A stretch of 64,000 nucleotides of DNA from Myxococcales bacterium (GTDB lineage: Bacteria; Myxococcota_A; Polyangia; Polyangiales; DASUME01). Positions 29,484-39,307 of this stretch are shown here, piece by piece. The stretch is from the NCBI GenBank assembly GCA_047601445.1, contig JASGJH010000001.1:2592001-2656000 (forward strand), given 5' to 3'. How positions within the stretch are numbered: the first letter of the stretch is position 1; each line of letters starts with the position of its first letter. The notes beneath the pieces were generated by a model. It was not told the DNA's origin and did no database searches. It was given only the letters and a program-made list of their open reading frames with translations. A program made the translations under genes and the position numbers.

Positions 29484-29605
29484 TGGTTGCCTCGCCGCTA
29501 AAGCCAACAAACAGGGGCGAATTACCATATCTCGGGCGGAATCGCTGTGACGTTCGCGCAAAGACGTGCCCCCGTCCCCGGGGATGATAGGATGGCCATT
29601 GGCGC

Positions 29606-31580
29606 ATGGCTCGCCCGACGCCCCTATCGATTCGCCTACATGCGAGCACGCCCGCGCCCAGCTGGGAGGCGGGGCGAACCGAGCTGTCCGGCGAAGAGCT
29701 GGCGAGCGTGCTCACGTCCGTGCCGGCGCTCATCTTGGTCGCCGACCGGGAAAACCGTGTGATCGCCTGCACCGGCAGCCCCGGCGTGCAGGTGGCGCCG
29801 GGCTGCGATTTGTTCGATTTCGTGCCGATCCGCCACAGCGCCTTCTACCGAGAGCAGCTCAAGCGGGCGCTAACCGGCGGCGAGACGGTGGTATTCGACG
29901 TGGAGGGCCCGGGCTTCGAGTTCGACGCCCCCGACGTGAGCACGCCATGGCGGCGCTGGACGCGTGTGCGGCTCACACCGTTCGCAGTGGGCGGCGACAT
30001 CCGCGGGGCGATCGCTTTGGCCCAGGACGTCGATCGCGAGCTCTCCCTGGAGCGCCGAGAGAATCGCATCCGCGAGACGCTGGACCATGTCGGCGAGGGC
30101 ATGTTGGTGGTGGATCTGGTCACGGGCGCGGTGCTCGAGTGCAACGAGGCCGCGGCGCGCCTGTTCGGCATCGCGGCCGACGAGCTGCGCGACACCACGC
30201 CTGCCTGGCTACAGATCGCCCCCGAGGGGGGCGCGCGGCTCGGCTGGGGTGCTCTGCTCGACGAGCTGATGGAGGGGCAGGCGCTGCGAGGGCAAGCCAT
30301 CCTGCGTGAAGGCGAGGAAGTCAGCATCGAGCTGCGCGCCACCTCTCGCAAGCTGGAGGACGGCCACTTCGCCTTCGTGCTGTGTCGCAACATCACCCAG
30401 GACTTGGCCCTCGAGCGCGAGCGGGCCAACCAGGAGCGCCTGGCCACCGTGGGTTCGCTAGCCGCCGGTGTGGCGCACGAGATCAACAATCCGCTCGCCT
30501 ACGTGATCGCCAACGTCCAGTACGCGCTCGACGCCATCAACCAGTGGCAGATGCGCGAGGCCGACCCCAGCGCCGATCCCGAACGACGTCGCGCGCAGAT
30601 CAAGGAAGCACTCTACGAAGCTAACGAGGGCGCGCGGCGCGTGCAGCGCATCGTCTCGGACCTCAAGGCGTTGGCTCGTCAGGGGGAAGATCGGGTGGAG
30701 CCGATCGACGTGGAGAACACGCTGCAGTGGGCGATCGGCGTGAGCATGCCGGAGATCCGCCTGCGGGCGCGGCTGGTGCGCGACTTCGATCCGATGCCCA
30801 TGGTGCGCGGTGACGAGGCGCGCCTCGGCCAGGTGTTCGTGAACATTTTGCTCAACGCAGCCCAGGCCATCCCGGCGGGGCGCCCGCAGGATCACGAGAT
30901 CCGCATCCGCGCCGGCACCCGCAACCGCCGGGTGTTCATCGACGTCCTCGACACCGGCCCGGGCATCCGTGAAGAGCACCTGCGCCGGATCTTCGATCCG
31001 TTCTTCACCACCAAACCGCGCGGCATCGGCACCGGTCTGGGGCTCAGCATCTGCCACGAGATCGTGGCCTCCATGCGCGGTTCGCTCACGGCAGAGAACC
31101 GACCAGGAGGCGGCGCCGAAATTCGCGGTCGAGCTGCCTGCGCACATCGCTGCGCCCGACGCGCCCGCACCGCCGCGCAGCCGCCCGCCCGTAGCCAACC
31201 AGGCCCAGAGCGCGCGCATCCTCATCATCGACGACGAGATGCTGGCGGCCAAGGCCCTGGCCCGCATCCTGCGCGACCACAAGGTCGAGATCTCCGATCA
31301 CGCCCCCACCGGGCTGTCGCTCGCGCTCGAGAACCGCTTCGACGTGATCTTCTGCGACCTGATGATGCCCGACCTCACCGGCATGGCCGTGCACGAGGCC
31401 GTCTCCCAGCAATGTCCCGACGTCGCCAAGCGCATGATCTTCGTCACCGGCGGCACCTTCACCGACGAGGCCCGCAGCTTCGCCGCGCGGCACGCGACGC
31501 GCTGCCTGTTCAAGCCGTTCGACACGTCCCTGGTGCGAAACGCCATCGCGCACATGCTCTCGGAACAAGGGGCAGCCTGA
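29606..31580 (+). CDS. PAS-PAS-histidine kinase-receiver hybrid, split by a 1-base insertion at ~31119-31121
   Basis: AHEINNPL, QVFVNILLNA, FFTTKPRGIGTGLGL in ORF 29606; receiver RILIIDDE...CDLMMPD...KPF in ORF ending 31580; removing one A gives GGGAEFAVELP. Confidence 0.85.
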
Positions 31581-31607
31581 CGCGAATCGTGCTAGCCATG
31601 CCTTGTT

Positions 31608-32753
31608 TTGCCCGCAGGAACTGCACCCACCCCGTCCGACGCTGAGCTCGTCGAGCGCTCTGACACGCAGGCCTCCGTCGTCGTGATCGGAGGAGGCATG
31701 GCCGGACTCGCGAGCGCCTGGCAGCTCGTGGCACTCGGCGTGCCCGACGTGCTGGTGGTCGAGCAGGAGAGCATGCTCGGCGTCCATGCCAGCGGGCGCA
31801 ATGCCGCCATCTTTCTACCGCTGGAAGAGAGCACCGACGCCGTCTGGCTGGCCGCGAGGTCCCGCGAGATCCTGGACGCACGTCTCGGCACGTCGTGGTT
31901 GTCTGCCCAGGGAGTGCTGCTGGCGGCCGCCGATCCGGACGGTCTCGACGAGCTGCGCTTCGCGGCGCGCCGACTCGACGTCTTCCACGAACGCTGGGGC
32001 GCTCCGCAGCTCCACACGCGCTTGCCGATCCTGCGCGAAGGGCCCCTCACCCAGGCGCTCTTCCTGCCACTCGGGGGCGTGATCGACGTTCACATGGTGC
32101 AGACGGCCATCCGGCGTAGGGCCGTGGCGCGCGGGGTTCGCATCCGCACAGGGACCCGGGTGGCCTCCATCGCCACCGAAGGAAAGCGGGTCTCCGGGGT
32201 CACCCTGACCGACGGTAGTGTGATCCGCGCCGAGCGCGTGGTCTTGGCTGCGGGGGCCTTTGCCGAGCAACTGGCCAGCGAGGTCGGCGCAGGTCTCGAT
32301 TTGGTCCCGCTGCGACGTCACCTGGTCTATCTCGAGGGCGACGACCTCCCCACGTGGAAGGCCCCGGCTCTCTGGCGCGTTGATTCGCCCGTGTACTTTC
32401 GCCCCGAAGCGGGCGGAATTCTCGCGAGTCCTTGCGATGAGACCCCCTGGGAGCCGGGCATCCCCGAGACCAGCCCTGCGGCCCTGGAGAGCCTTGCGAG
32501 CAAGCTCAGCGAGCTCGCGCCGCCGCTTGCCGAGGCACGCGTGCGTCGAGCCTGGGCCTGCCTGCGCACCATGGCGGAGGATCGCGAACCTGTGATCGGC
32601 TCCGATCCGCGCCTCCCGGGCTTGTACTGGTTGGCGGGCTTGGGTGGTCGCGGCATGACCTGCGGCGTGGCCGCCGGAGAGATGCTCGCGCGCGGCCTGA
32701 TCGGCTTGCCTCATCCGCTTGCCCGGCGCCTCTGCGTCGAGCGCCTGCTCTGA
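31608..32753 (+). CDS. FAD-dependent oxidoreductase (DAO/glycine oxidase-like)
   Basis: VVIGGGMAG, HASGRNAA, VVLAAGA, WACLRT, GLGGRG; exact start uncertain. Confidence 0.88.
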   Translation: MPAGTAPTPSDAELVERSDTQASVVVIGGGMAGLASAWQLVALGVPDVLVVEQESMLGVHASGRNAAIFLPLEESTDAVWLAARSREILDARLGTSWLSAQGVLLAAADPDGLDELRFAARRLDVFHERWGAPQLHTRLPILREGPLTQALFLPLGGVIDVHMVQTAIRRRAVARGVRIRTGTRVASIATEGKRVSGVTLTDGSVIRAERVVLAAGAFAEQLASEVGAGLDLVPLRRHLVYLEGDDLPTWKAPALWRVDSPVYFRPEAGGILASPCDETPWEPGIPETSPAALESLASKLSELAPPLAEARVRRAWACLRTMAEDREPVIGSDPRLPGLYWLAGLGGRGMTCGVAAGEMLARGLIGLPHPLARRLCVERLL

Positions 32754-32776
32754 GGCCTCAAAACTCCGCGCCGCGC

Positions 32777-33691
32777 TCAGCGCGTCCGACGCGAGGACTT
32801 GCCGCGACCCGTGCCCGGGCGCACCCGGGAGGGGTCGCGCAAGGGCTTGGCGCTCCCCTCGAGGACCTGCTTGAGCTGCTCGGCGACGACGCCCTGACTA
32901 CGTCCGCTGGTACGCAGGTGCTCGGCGGCCATCGAGAGGGCACGACGCACGTCAGGATGCTTGGCGCTCTCACACTCGGCGGTGAGCCACGCGATGCCCT
33001 GCTCGCCCGCCCGTAGCCCGGTGGCGAGATTGGTCAGCGTACGCGGCAACGACAGCAAGAGCCGACGCCGCCCCTCCGAGCGCTCCGCGGAGCGCGGCGC
33101 GTCGGCCACCGCGGCGATGGCAGCCGAGACGTAGGCCAACAAGGGCTCCGGATCGGCGAACATGGCGATGATGCGCGGCTCGCCCACCACTTCGAGCGCG
33201 AGACCGGTGGAGCCGAAGCGGATCTCGCGGTCCTCCAGTTCCAGCCAGCCCTGCGCCTCGGCCACCAGCTGCTCGGCGAACCCCTCGCGCAGGGCCAGGT
33301 TCACCAGGGCGTCCAAGGTGCCGATACGCACGGGCGCCCGCTCGTCGGCAGCCAGCTCCGCCAGTGCGGCCCAGGCCTGCGCGGTGTGCTTGAGCTTTCC
33401 CTCGCGCAACAGGGCCGTCCAGCCATGGGCGGCCGCCACGGGCAAGAAGGCCTCCGGGGTATCGGGGGCCGCGTCGTTGCCGCCGAGCTTCAGCAGGAGG
33501 CGCTCGGCCGGGTTCGTGAGCTGCGCCACCTCCACGCCGAACGCCGCCGCCAGCGTCAGGTTCGGCCGGGCGCTGGGGAGCGCCCCGTGTCGAGCCAGCA
33601 AATCTTCGAGCCGCTGCGAGCTCCCCTGCAGCGCGTTCGCCAGTGCGACGCGCAGCGCTTCGTTCCTCAAGCCTTCTTCCGTACGGGCCAT
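32777..33691 (-). CDS. Hypothetical alpha-helical (HEAT-like) protein
   Basis: Ala/Leu-rich helical ORF with coding-like codon bias, filling the gap between neighbours. Confidence 0.7.
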   Translation of the reverse strand: MARTEEGLRNEALRVALANALQGSSQRLEDLLARHGALPSARPNLTLAAAFGVEVAQLTNPAERLLLKLGGNDAAPDTPEAFLPVAAAHGWTALLREGKLKHTAQAWAALAELAADERAPVRIGTLDALVNLALREGFAEQLVAEAQGWLELEDREIRFGSTGLALEVVGEPRIIAMFADPEPLLAYVSAAIAAVADAPRSAERSEGRRRLLLSLPRTLTNLATGLRAGEQGIAWLTAECESAKHPDVRRALSMAAEHLRTSGRSQGVVAEQLKQVLEGSAKPLRDPSRVRPGTGRGKSSRRTR

Positions 33692-33707
33692 GACGCCCGA
33701 GCATAGC

Positions 33708-33743
33708 AAAACGCCCCCGTTCGCAGCTGGCAACGGGGGCGTT
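33708..33743 (-). terminator. Intrinsic terminator after the FadL-like gene
   Basis: Minus strand aacgcccccgtt...aacgggggcgtt followed by tt. Confidence 0.7.
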
Positions 33744-33763
33744 CGGGTGCCGATGAGAGGCGC

Positions 33764-35191
33764 TCAGTTGAAATAGAACTCTGCGATTCCGTTGAGCATG
33801 CTGAACGCCTGGGTGTAATCGCCCGCGCCGGTGGGCAGACGGCTGATGCCATCCAACTCGTCGAGCTTGCTGTTTTTCACCGTGCGCTTGAGCGTCTGCA
33901 TGTACGTGTACTGCAGCAGCAGGCCAACGTGGTCCCCGATCGTGATGCGACCGCCGAGCGATCCCGAGAGGGTCTGGCCGTCGATCGTACCGGGCTCGAG
34001 ATAACCGGCCGGGATGGCGTTGCTCCCGTAACCGAAGCCGACGAAGCCCTCGAGGTTCTCCATGAACCAATAGCTCGCGCCCGCTCGGATGCTGAAGCTG
34101 TTGTTCCAGTTGCGGATCTGGCTGCTGACGATGTGCGTGTTGGGCGCCGCCGCCCCGCTGGGCTCCAGGTCGCACTTGGTGCCCTTGTCCACCAGGCACT
34201 GCTTGTCCACCACGCTCCAGCGCGTCACGTCGCCGAACAGGCGCAGCTCGTAGCGCGGCTCGCGGAAGCGCAAGCCCCAGCGGATGATGTCCGGCAGCTT
34301 TTGCTGCAGCTCGACGTCCTCGGTCCCGGGCGTGCCCGTGTGCAGCCAGCTCTCGAGGGTGCCCTGGAGCTTCATGCCGCCGTACATGCCCGGCGGGGCC
34401 TGGTAAGAAAGGCCGATCCACAGCTTGTCCTTCAAAGCCTCCCACTGCGTTCCCAGCGAGAAGCTCGCGGATAGGCCCGACACGTCCATGTTGATGCGTC
34501 CCTCTTGGGGCAGGGCATCGTCGCCGCGGCCGGTGCGGGCGCGCAAGAGGCGCACGCTCTGGTAGATCAGGTTCACACCCGCGCCGAAGCTCAAGCGCAG
34601 CTTCGGGATGGTGTACGAGGCAGCGAGCGCGGTGTAGAGCACGATCTGATCGCCCTGGATCATCTGCCAGCGCGCCGTGCCGTCCTGGGCGCCCGGGTAC
34701 ATCGTGTTGCCGTCGAACTTGCTGTTGCCGTTCCAGGCCTGCGAGCCCGACATCGGCGCCAGGAGCATCAAGCCCACCGCGAAGTCACCGAACTTCATGC
34801 TGCCGGCCAGCGAGGGCGCGACCAGGACGTCGTTGAGCGTGGCCTTGCCCGTGTTGGCGCCCTGCGCATCGGCCGGCTCCGGCACGGTGCTCTGCGTGCG
34901 ATCGTAGGTGGAGTTGTGGAAGACCAACGTCAGATCACCGGCGATGTGGATCTTCTTGGTGTTCGCCAGAGCTGCTGGGTTGAAATACGCCGCAAACGGG
35001 GTCGGCGTCGTGGCGTGGCCACGCTCACCACCGATACGAGTGAAGTCGAAGCCGGAGGCTTGCGCGCGCTCGGGCAACGCGGTCATGGCCAACACGGGCG
35101 CCAGCGCCGCTGCCAGCCAGGCCCCGAAGCGGGCTTTCATCGAAGCGCGCCCTCGGGCGTGCGAGCGGAAAGAAATGGACTGATTGCGCAT
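33764..35191 (-). CDS. OmpP1/FadL-family outer membrane transporter (start may be 35140)
   Basis: AQA-SGF N-terminus, AAYFNPAAL motif, beta-strand pattern, C-terminal FYFN. Confidence 0.82.
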   Translation of the reverse strand: MRNQSISFRSHARGRASMKARFGAWLAAALAPVLAMTALPERAQASGFDFTRIGGERGHATTPTPFAAYFNPAALANTKKIHIAGDLTLVFHNSTYDRTQSTVPEPADAQGANTGKATLNDVLVAPSLAGSMKFGDFAVGLMLLAPMSGSQAWNGNSKFDGNTMYPGAQDGTARWQMIQGDQIVLYTALAASYTIPKLRLSFGAGVNLIYQSVRLLRARTGRGDDALPQEGRINMDVSGLSASFSLGTQWEALKDKLWIGLSYQAPPGMYGGMKLQGTLESWLHTGTPGTEDVELQQKLPDIIRWGLRFREPRYELRLFGDVTRWSVVDKQCLVDKGTKCDLEPSGAAAPNTHIVSSQIRNWNNSFSIRAGASYWFMENLEGFVGFGYGSNAIPAGYLEPGTIDGQTLSGSLGGRITIGDHVGLLLQYTYMQTLKRTVKNSKLDELDGISRLPTGAGDYTQAFSMLNGIAEFYFN

Positions 35192-35193
35192 GA

Positions 35194-35895
35194 TCAAGGT
35201 GCCCCTGCGGGAGTCATCGCGCAGTCAATGACTGGCGTTGCCGGAAAGGTGCTCGGGTTATTGGGATCGACGCGGGTCGCGGTGAACGTGCCGCCCGTGT
35301 CCTGTGCGATGGGGGCCGTGACGACGCCCGTGACCGTGCCGCAGAAGAACTTGACCGGCGTGCCGGGGCCGCTCTCGTACATGGCCTGGCCCACGTTGCC
35401 CGAGAAGTCCAAGGTCGTGCTCACGTCGAAGGTGAGCACGTTGGCGTTGCCGGGTGTGACCGTCATCTGGTCCGCGAGCGTATAACAGCCTTGCGGCGAC
35501 ACCGTGGTGGTGGACCACTCGCTGAACTCGCCAGTCGGCGTCTTGCGGTCGGCGTACAAGAGCGGGCGGTTGCGCATCATGATCGTGTAGTCGCCGCCGG
35601 CGTCGCGCGCGGCCATGACCTCGAGCAAGTAGATCGTGGGCTGCGTCGTGTAGGGGGTCAGCGAGACCACGTAGTAGTAGGTGCCCGAGAGCTGCGCCGG
35701 GTCGGGCAGAGGCGTATCGCCGAGCGGCGGGCACTCGCCGGCGGGGCCGGCATCCATCACTTCATTGGCGCCAGCGCGCTCGAGGAAGTCGTTGTACTCC
35801 CCCTCGGGGTCGATACAGGCCGATAGGCCAACGGCCAGCGCCGCGACCGTGACCCAGCGTTTCCAGCCGGGTGGAGTGCGATTGGATCGGAGCAT
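35194..35895 (-). CDS. Hypothetical lipoprotein
   Basis: LAVGLSA-C lipobox; directly upstream of the FadL-like gene. Confidence 0.75.
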   Translation of the reverse strand: MLRSNRTPPGWKRWVTVAALAVGLSACIDPEGEYNDFLERAGANEVMDAGPAGECPPLGDTPLPDPAQLSGTYYYVVSLTPYTTQPTIYLLEVMAARDAGGDYTIMMRNRPLLYADRKTPTGEFSEWSTTTVSPQGCYTLADQMTVTPGNANVLTFDVSTTLDFSGNVGQAMYESGPGTPVKFFCGTVTGVVTAPIAQDTGGTFTATRVDPNNPSTFPATPVIDCAMTPAGAP

Positions 35896-35965
35896 AGTGC
35901 GCCGGATAAAAGCACAGACCCGTGGAACATAGCCAGTACCCATGCGCACGATCTATTGATGCGGA

Positions 35966-36955
35966 ATGCAAGCTCGTGACACCGCCAACGCCTTCCGTTT
36001 CACAGGGGACGATCGAGGCCACTACGAGAGTTATTTCCAGCGTGCAAACCACCCCACACGCCCGCTGGCTTTCTGGATCCGCTACACGATCTTTTCGCCC
36101 CGCGCGCGCACCGATGCCACGGTGGGCGAGCTCTGGGCCGTGTATTTTGACGGGGAATTAGGGCAGATCTCGGCCGCCAAGCAGGTCGTACCGTGGCAGC
36201 TTTGCCAGTTCTCGCACAGCGGTCTCGCCGCGCGCGTCGGGGACTCAAGTCTGAGTCCGGAAGCGTTGTCAGGATCGGTCCAAGGGTCCAATCATCAGCT
36301 CTCCTGGCAGCTCGATTACACGTCGCCCCAGCGTCCGCTCTTGCTCCTGCCCGAGCGCCTCTACTCGGCAGGGTTCCCCAAGGCCAAGGCCCTCGTGGGC
36401 AGTCCGCAGGCGCGTTTCCGCGGCAGGCTCCAGGTAGACGCGCGCACGATCGAAGTCGATGACTGGGTGGGCAGCCAGAACCACAACTGGGGCGAGCGAC
36501 ACACCGACCGCTATGCATGGGGCCAGGTGGCGGGCTTCGATGGGGCCCCTGAGGTGTTCCTGGAGTGCGCCACCGCGAGCGTGCGGCTGGGTCCGTTCTA
36601 CACGCCTCCGATGTCGCCCGTGGTCCTGCGGCTGGGCGAAGAAGAACTGCGCTTCTCGGGCGTGCGCAGGGCGCTCCGCGCGAAGGCCCGCTACGCCCCA
36701 TTTTCATGGCAGATCCGCACCTCGAACGAAGACAGCGAGCTGCAGCTCGAGCTGTCGGCCGACGCGCAAAAGTTCGTGGCCCTCCCCTATGACAACCCGC
36801 CAGGGGGCCAGAAGATCTGCCTAAACAGTAAGCTCGCCGCGTGCCGTCTGCGGCTCTCGCGCAAGGGCCGTGCGCCGCTCGAGCTCTCGACTCGGCGCCG
36901 GGCTGCCTTCGAGATCCTCACCGATCGCAGCGTGCCGGGGGTGGTCACAATGTGA
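35966..36955 (+). CDS. Hypothetical protein, tocopherol cyclase-like beta fold
   Basis: HYESYF, FWIRYTI, GSQNHNWG..H..RYAWGQ. Confidence 0.65.
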   Translation: MQARDTANAFRFTGDDRGHYESYFQRANHPTRPLAFWIRYTIFSPRARTDATVGELWAVYFDGELGQISAAKQVVPWQLCQFSHSGLAARVGDSSLSPEALSGSVQGSNHQLSWQLDYTSPQRPLLLLPERLYSAGFPKAKALVGSPQARFRGRLQVDARTIEVDDWVGSQNHNWGERHTDRYAWGQVAGFDGAPEVFLECATASVRLGPFYTPPMSPVVLRLGEEELRFSGVRRALRAKARYAPFSWQIRTSNEDSELQLELSADAQKFVALPYDNPPGGQKICLNSKLAACRLRLSRKGRAPLELSTRRRAAFEILTDRSVPGVVTM

Positions 36956-37001
36956 GCGAGGTCGTGGGTCGAGAGCGCCGCGGACTCAGGCTCCCGTAGG
37001 T

Positions 37002-38039
37002 TCAGGGAGTGGCGGGCGGCAGGACCCAGGCAACCTTGGGCTCGGGCGTGCCGTCCGGGAAGGCCGCACCGAGCAAGGAGAGCACGTGGATGGTGCTGCT
37101 GATGCCCTCGGCGTCGAGCACCACCGGGCAAGTCGTGCTGCCGCAGACCGGCTTGGTGATGCCGCTGATGGGAGAAGGCACCGCGGTGGCCTGGTCGGCG
37201 CGCAGGGTGAACACGTGCTCGGTGGCCGGTTCCGGAGGAGTCTCCTCGGCCGGCGCCGCACCCCCCTTGATGCCGTCCAGCATCTCGGCGCGCGCCTTCT
37301 TCGGCTTGGCTTCCGCTGGCGCTGCTTCGGGTGCGCCCGCCTGGCGCATGCGCACCGCGATGCCCGAGCCGCGCACGCGCAACATCATGTCGAGCTGGCC
37401 GCCCTCGGCCTTGGCGATGGGGCTGTAGCCGCAGTCGGCGCGACCCGAGGCCTGACATCCGCTCAGGGACTCTTCCCACACCTTGGCGAACGAGCCCCAG
37501 GGCAAGAGCTCGCCGGCGGGGAACTTGCCGTCTTCGGGCGTGTCCGTGAAATGACTATCGCGGATGGTGAGCCAACCCGTGTCCTTGGTGGTGTTGGGCT
37601 TGCGCACCTGGAACGCGAGCTCCTTGGCGCCAGCCTCGAAGCCCGTGTCGATGACGCGTGCCAACGTAGCGTAGGGCACCGCGGCGTGAGCGGTGATCGC
37701 CAGTCCACCCTTCCCGTTGAGCTTCGCCTTGAGCTTCGGCAACACGTAGCCCACGGCTTCGCCCGCGGGCACCTTGCCGTTCTGCAGAGTCAGCACAGGC
37801 TCACCGTCCACCCGCAGCTCGCTCGGGCTAATCTCGATCTTGGCCGCGGTCGCCACCGGGTTGCCGGCGGTGCGCTGCACGATCGGCAGCTCCAGCACGC
37901 CCACGATGGGCGCAGCTTCCGTCTTGGTTTCGGTGCTCTCGCATCCGGCTTGCGCCAGGACGCCTGAAAGACACGCGCTTACGAGCCATCCGCGCGCGAC
38001 CGAGCGCACGCGGGGAGAATGGTGGGGGCCTTGCAACAT
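37002..38039 (-). CDS. Lipoprotein with ExbD/TolR-like domain
   Basis: LAQAG-C; I.ISPSELRVDG...AITAHAAVPYATLARVIDT. Confidence 0.6.
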   Translation of the reverse strand: MLQGPHHSPRVRSVARGWLVSACLSGVLAQAGCESTETKTEAAPIVGVLELPIVQRTAGNPVATAAKIEISPSELRVDGEPVLTLQNGKVPAGEAVGYVLPKLKAKLNGKGGLAITAHAAVPYATLARVIDTGFEAGAKELAFQVRKPNTTKDTGWLTIRDSHFTDTPEDGKFPAGELLPWGSFAKVWEESLSGCQASGRADCGYSPIAKAEGGQLDMMLRVRGSGIAVRMRQAGAPEAAPAEAKPKKARAEMLDGIKGGAAPAEETPPEPATEHVFTLRADQATAVPSPISGITKPVCGSTTCPVVLDAEGISSTIHVLSLLGAAFPDGTPEPKVAWVLPPATP

Positions 38040-38087
38040 GGGCGCGGACTATAAGCTCGGTCCGAGCGCGCCGTATACTCCTTCTGC

Positions 38088-39260
38088 ATGCCGCAGCCGC
38101 CCGCCCTCTCGCGCGCCACCGAAGGCCTTTCCTCGAGTGTCTACACCAGCCTGCTCGCGCTGGCGCAGACCCATGCAGCCGAGATTTTCCCCCTGAATGT
38201 GGGAGATACGTATCTGCTGCCCCCGGAGTGCGCTCGCTCCGAGCACCTGCACACGAAAGATCTGCCAGGCCTTCACAACTACGCCGCGGTCCAGGGCGAG
38301 CCTGCACTGTTCGACGCCATCGTCGACGACTTCACGAGCCGCGGCCTTCCGCTCGAACGGCGCCAGATCCAGGTCACCGCGGGCGCCACGAGCGGGCTCG
38401 ACATCGTCTGCCGGACACTGTTCGAGCCCGGCGACGAGGTGATCGTGCTGACCCCTTACTGGCCCTTGATCCGCGGCATCGTGCGCGGGTCGGGCGCCAG
38501 CATGGTGGAGCTCCCGTGCTTCACCGAGCTGCGCAAGCCCGGGTTCGATCTCGCGGCCGCCCTGGCCTCGGTTGTCAGCGAGCGCACAGCCGGCATCTAC
38601 GTGAACCATCCGAACAACCCCACCGGCGTGGTGCTGGACGCCCGCGAGATCGCCGTGCTGGCCGACTTTACCGAGGCGCACAACCTGTGGTTGATCAACG
38701 ACGCGGCTTACGAGCAGCTGAGCTTCGAGGACACGCCGCCCATCCCGCTGTGGACGCAGCCTGCGCTGCGCGAACGGACCGTGACGGCTCACACCTTCTC
38801 CAAATGCTTCGGCATGGCGGGCGCGCGCGTGGGCTTCGTGCACGGCCCCGAGCGGCCGATGGCGGCGATCGGTGGATTGCAGACCTTCGCGACCTATTGC
38901 GCCCCGAAGCCCATGCAGCACGCCATGGCGCGCGCGCTGCGCTCCTCGGAGGGCGCGAGCTGGACCGAAAGCGCCCGTAGCGCCTACGCGGAGGCCGCCT
39001 TGCGCACGAGTCGCGTGCTGGGCCTTCCGCGTCCCCAAAGCGGGACGTTTGCATTCTTCGATACGGGTCCGTTTCTGCGAGCAGGAGAGACGCCGGTGAC
39101 ATGGCTCGAACGCTGCGCCCGGGCGGGCATCGTCCTGACCCCCGGGGCCGCAACCGGCGAGGCCTACGCCAGCTGGGCACGCCTGTGCTTTACGAGCGTA
39201 CCCCTCAACACACTCGACCGCGCGCTGACCGTCCTGAACCGAGCCTTACGCGAAACCTAG
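38088..39260 (+). CDS. PLP-dependent aminotransferase class I/II
   Basis: TAGAT, PGDEV, NHPNNPTG, DAAY, TFSKCFGMAGARVG. Confidence 0.92.
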   Translation: MPQPPALSRATEGLSSSVYTSLLALAQTHAAEIFPLNVGDTYLLPPECARSEHLHTKDLPGLHNYAAVQGEPALFDAIVDDFTSRGLPLERRQIQVTAGATSGLDIVCRTLFEPGDEVIVLTPYWPLIRGIVRGSGASMVELPCFTELRKPGFDLAAALASVVSERTAGIYVNHPNNPTGVVLDAREIAVLADFTEAHNLWLINDAAYEQLSFEDTPPIPLWTQPALRERTVTAHTFSKCFGMAGARVGFVHGPERPMAAIGGLQTFATYCAPKPMQHAMARALRSSEGASWTESARSAYAEAALRTSRVLGLPRPQSGTFAFFDTGPFLRAGETPVTWLERCARAGIVLTPGAATGEAYASWARLCFTSVPLNTLDRALTVLNRALRET

Positions 39261-39307
39261 GAGAAAGTCGTCGAAGCGGACCCGCTTTCCACGTTGTAGG
39301 CTCAACG

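Noticed and set aside
29525..29562. Pho box upstream of phoB (minus-strand GTCAC at 29551)
   Set aside because: Only one good half-site and no TA at the N10 spacing; too weak to call. No pho box was seen upstream of phoX either
31122..31645. Arg/Pro/His-rich C-terminus of the 679-aa ORF
   Set aside because: Out-of-frame read-through after the 1-base insertion; the real receiver domain is in the other frame
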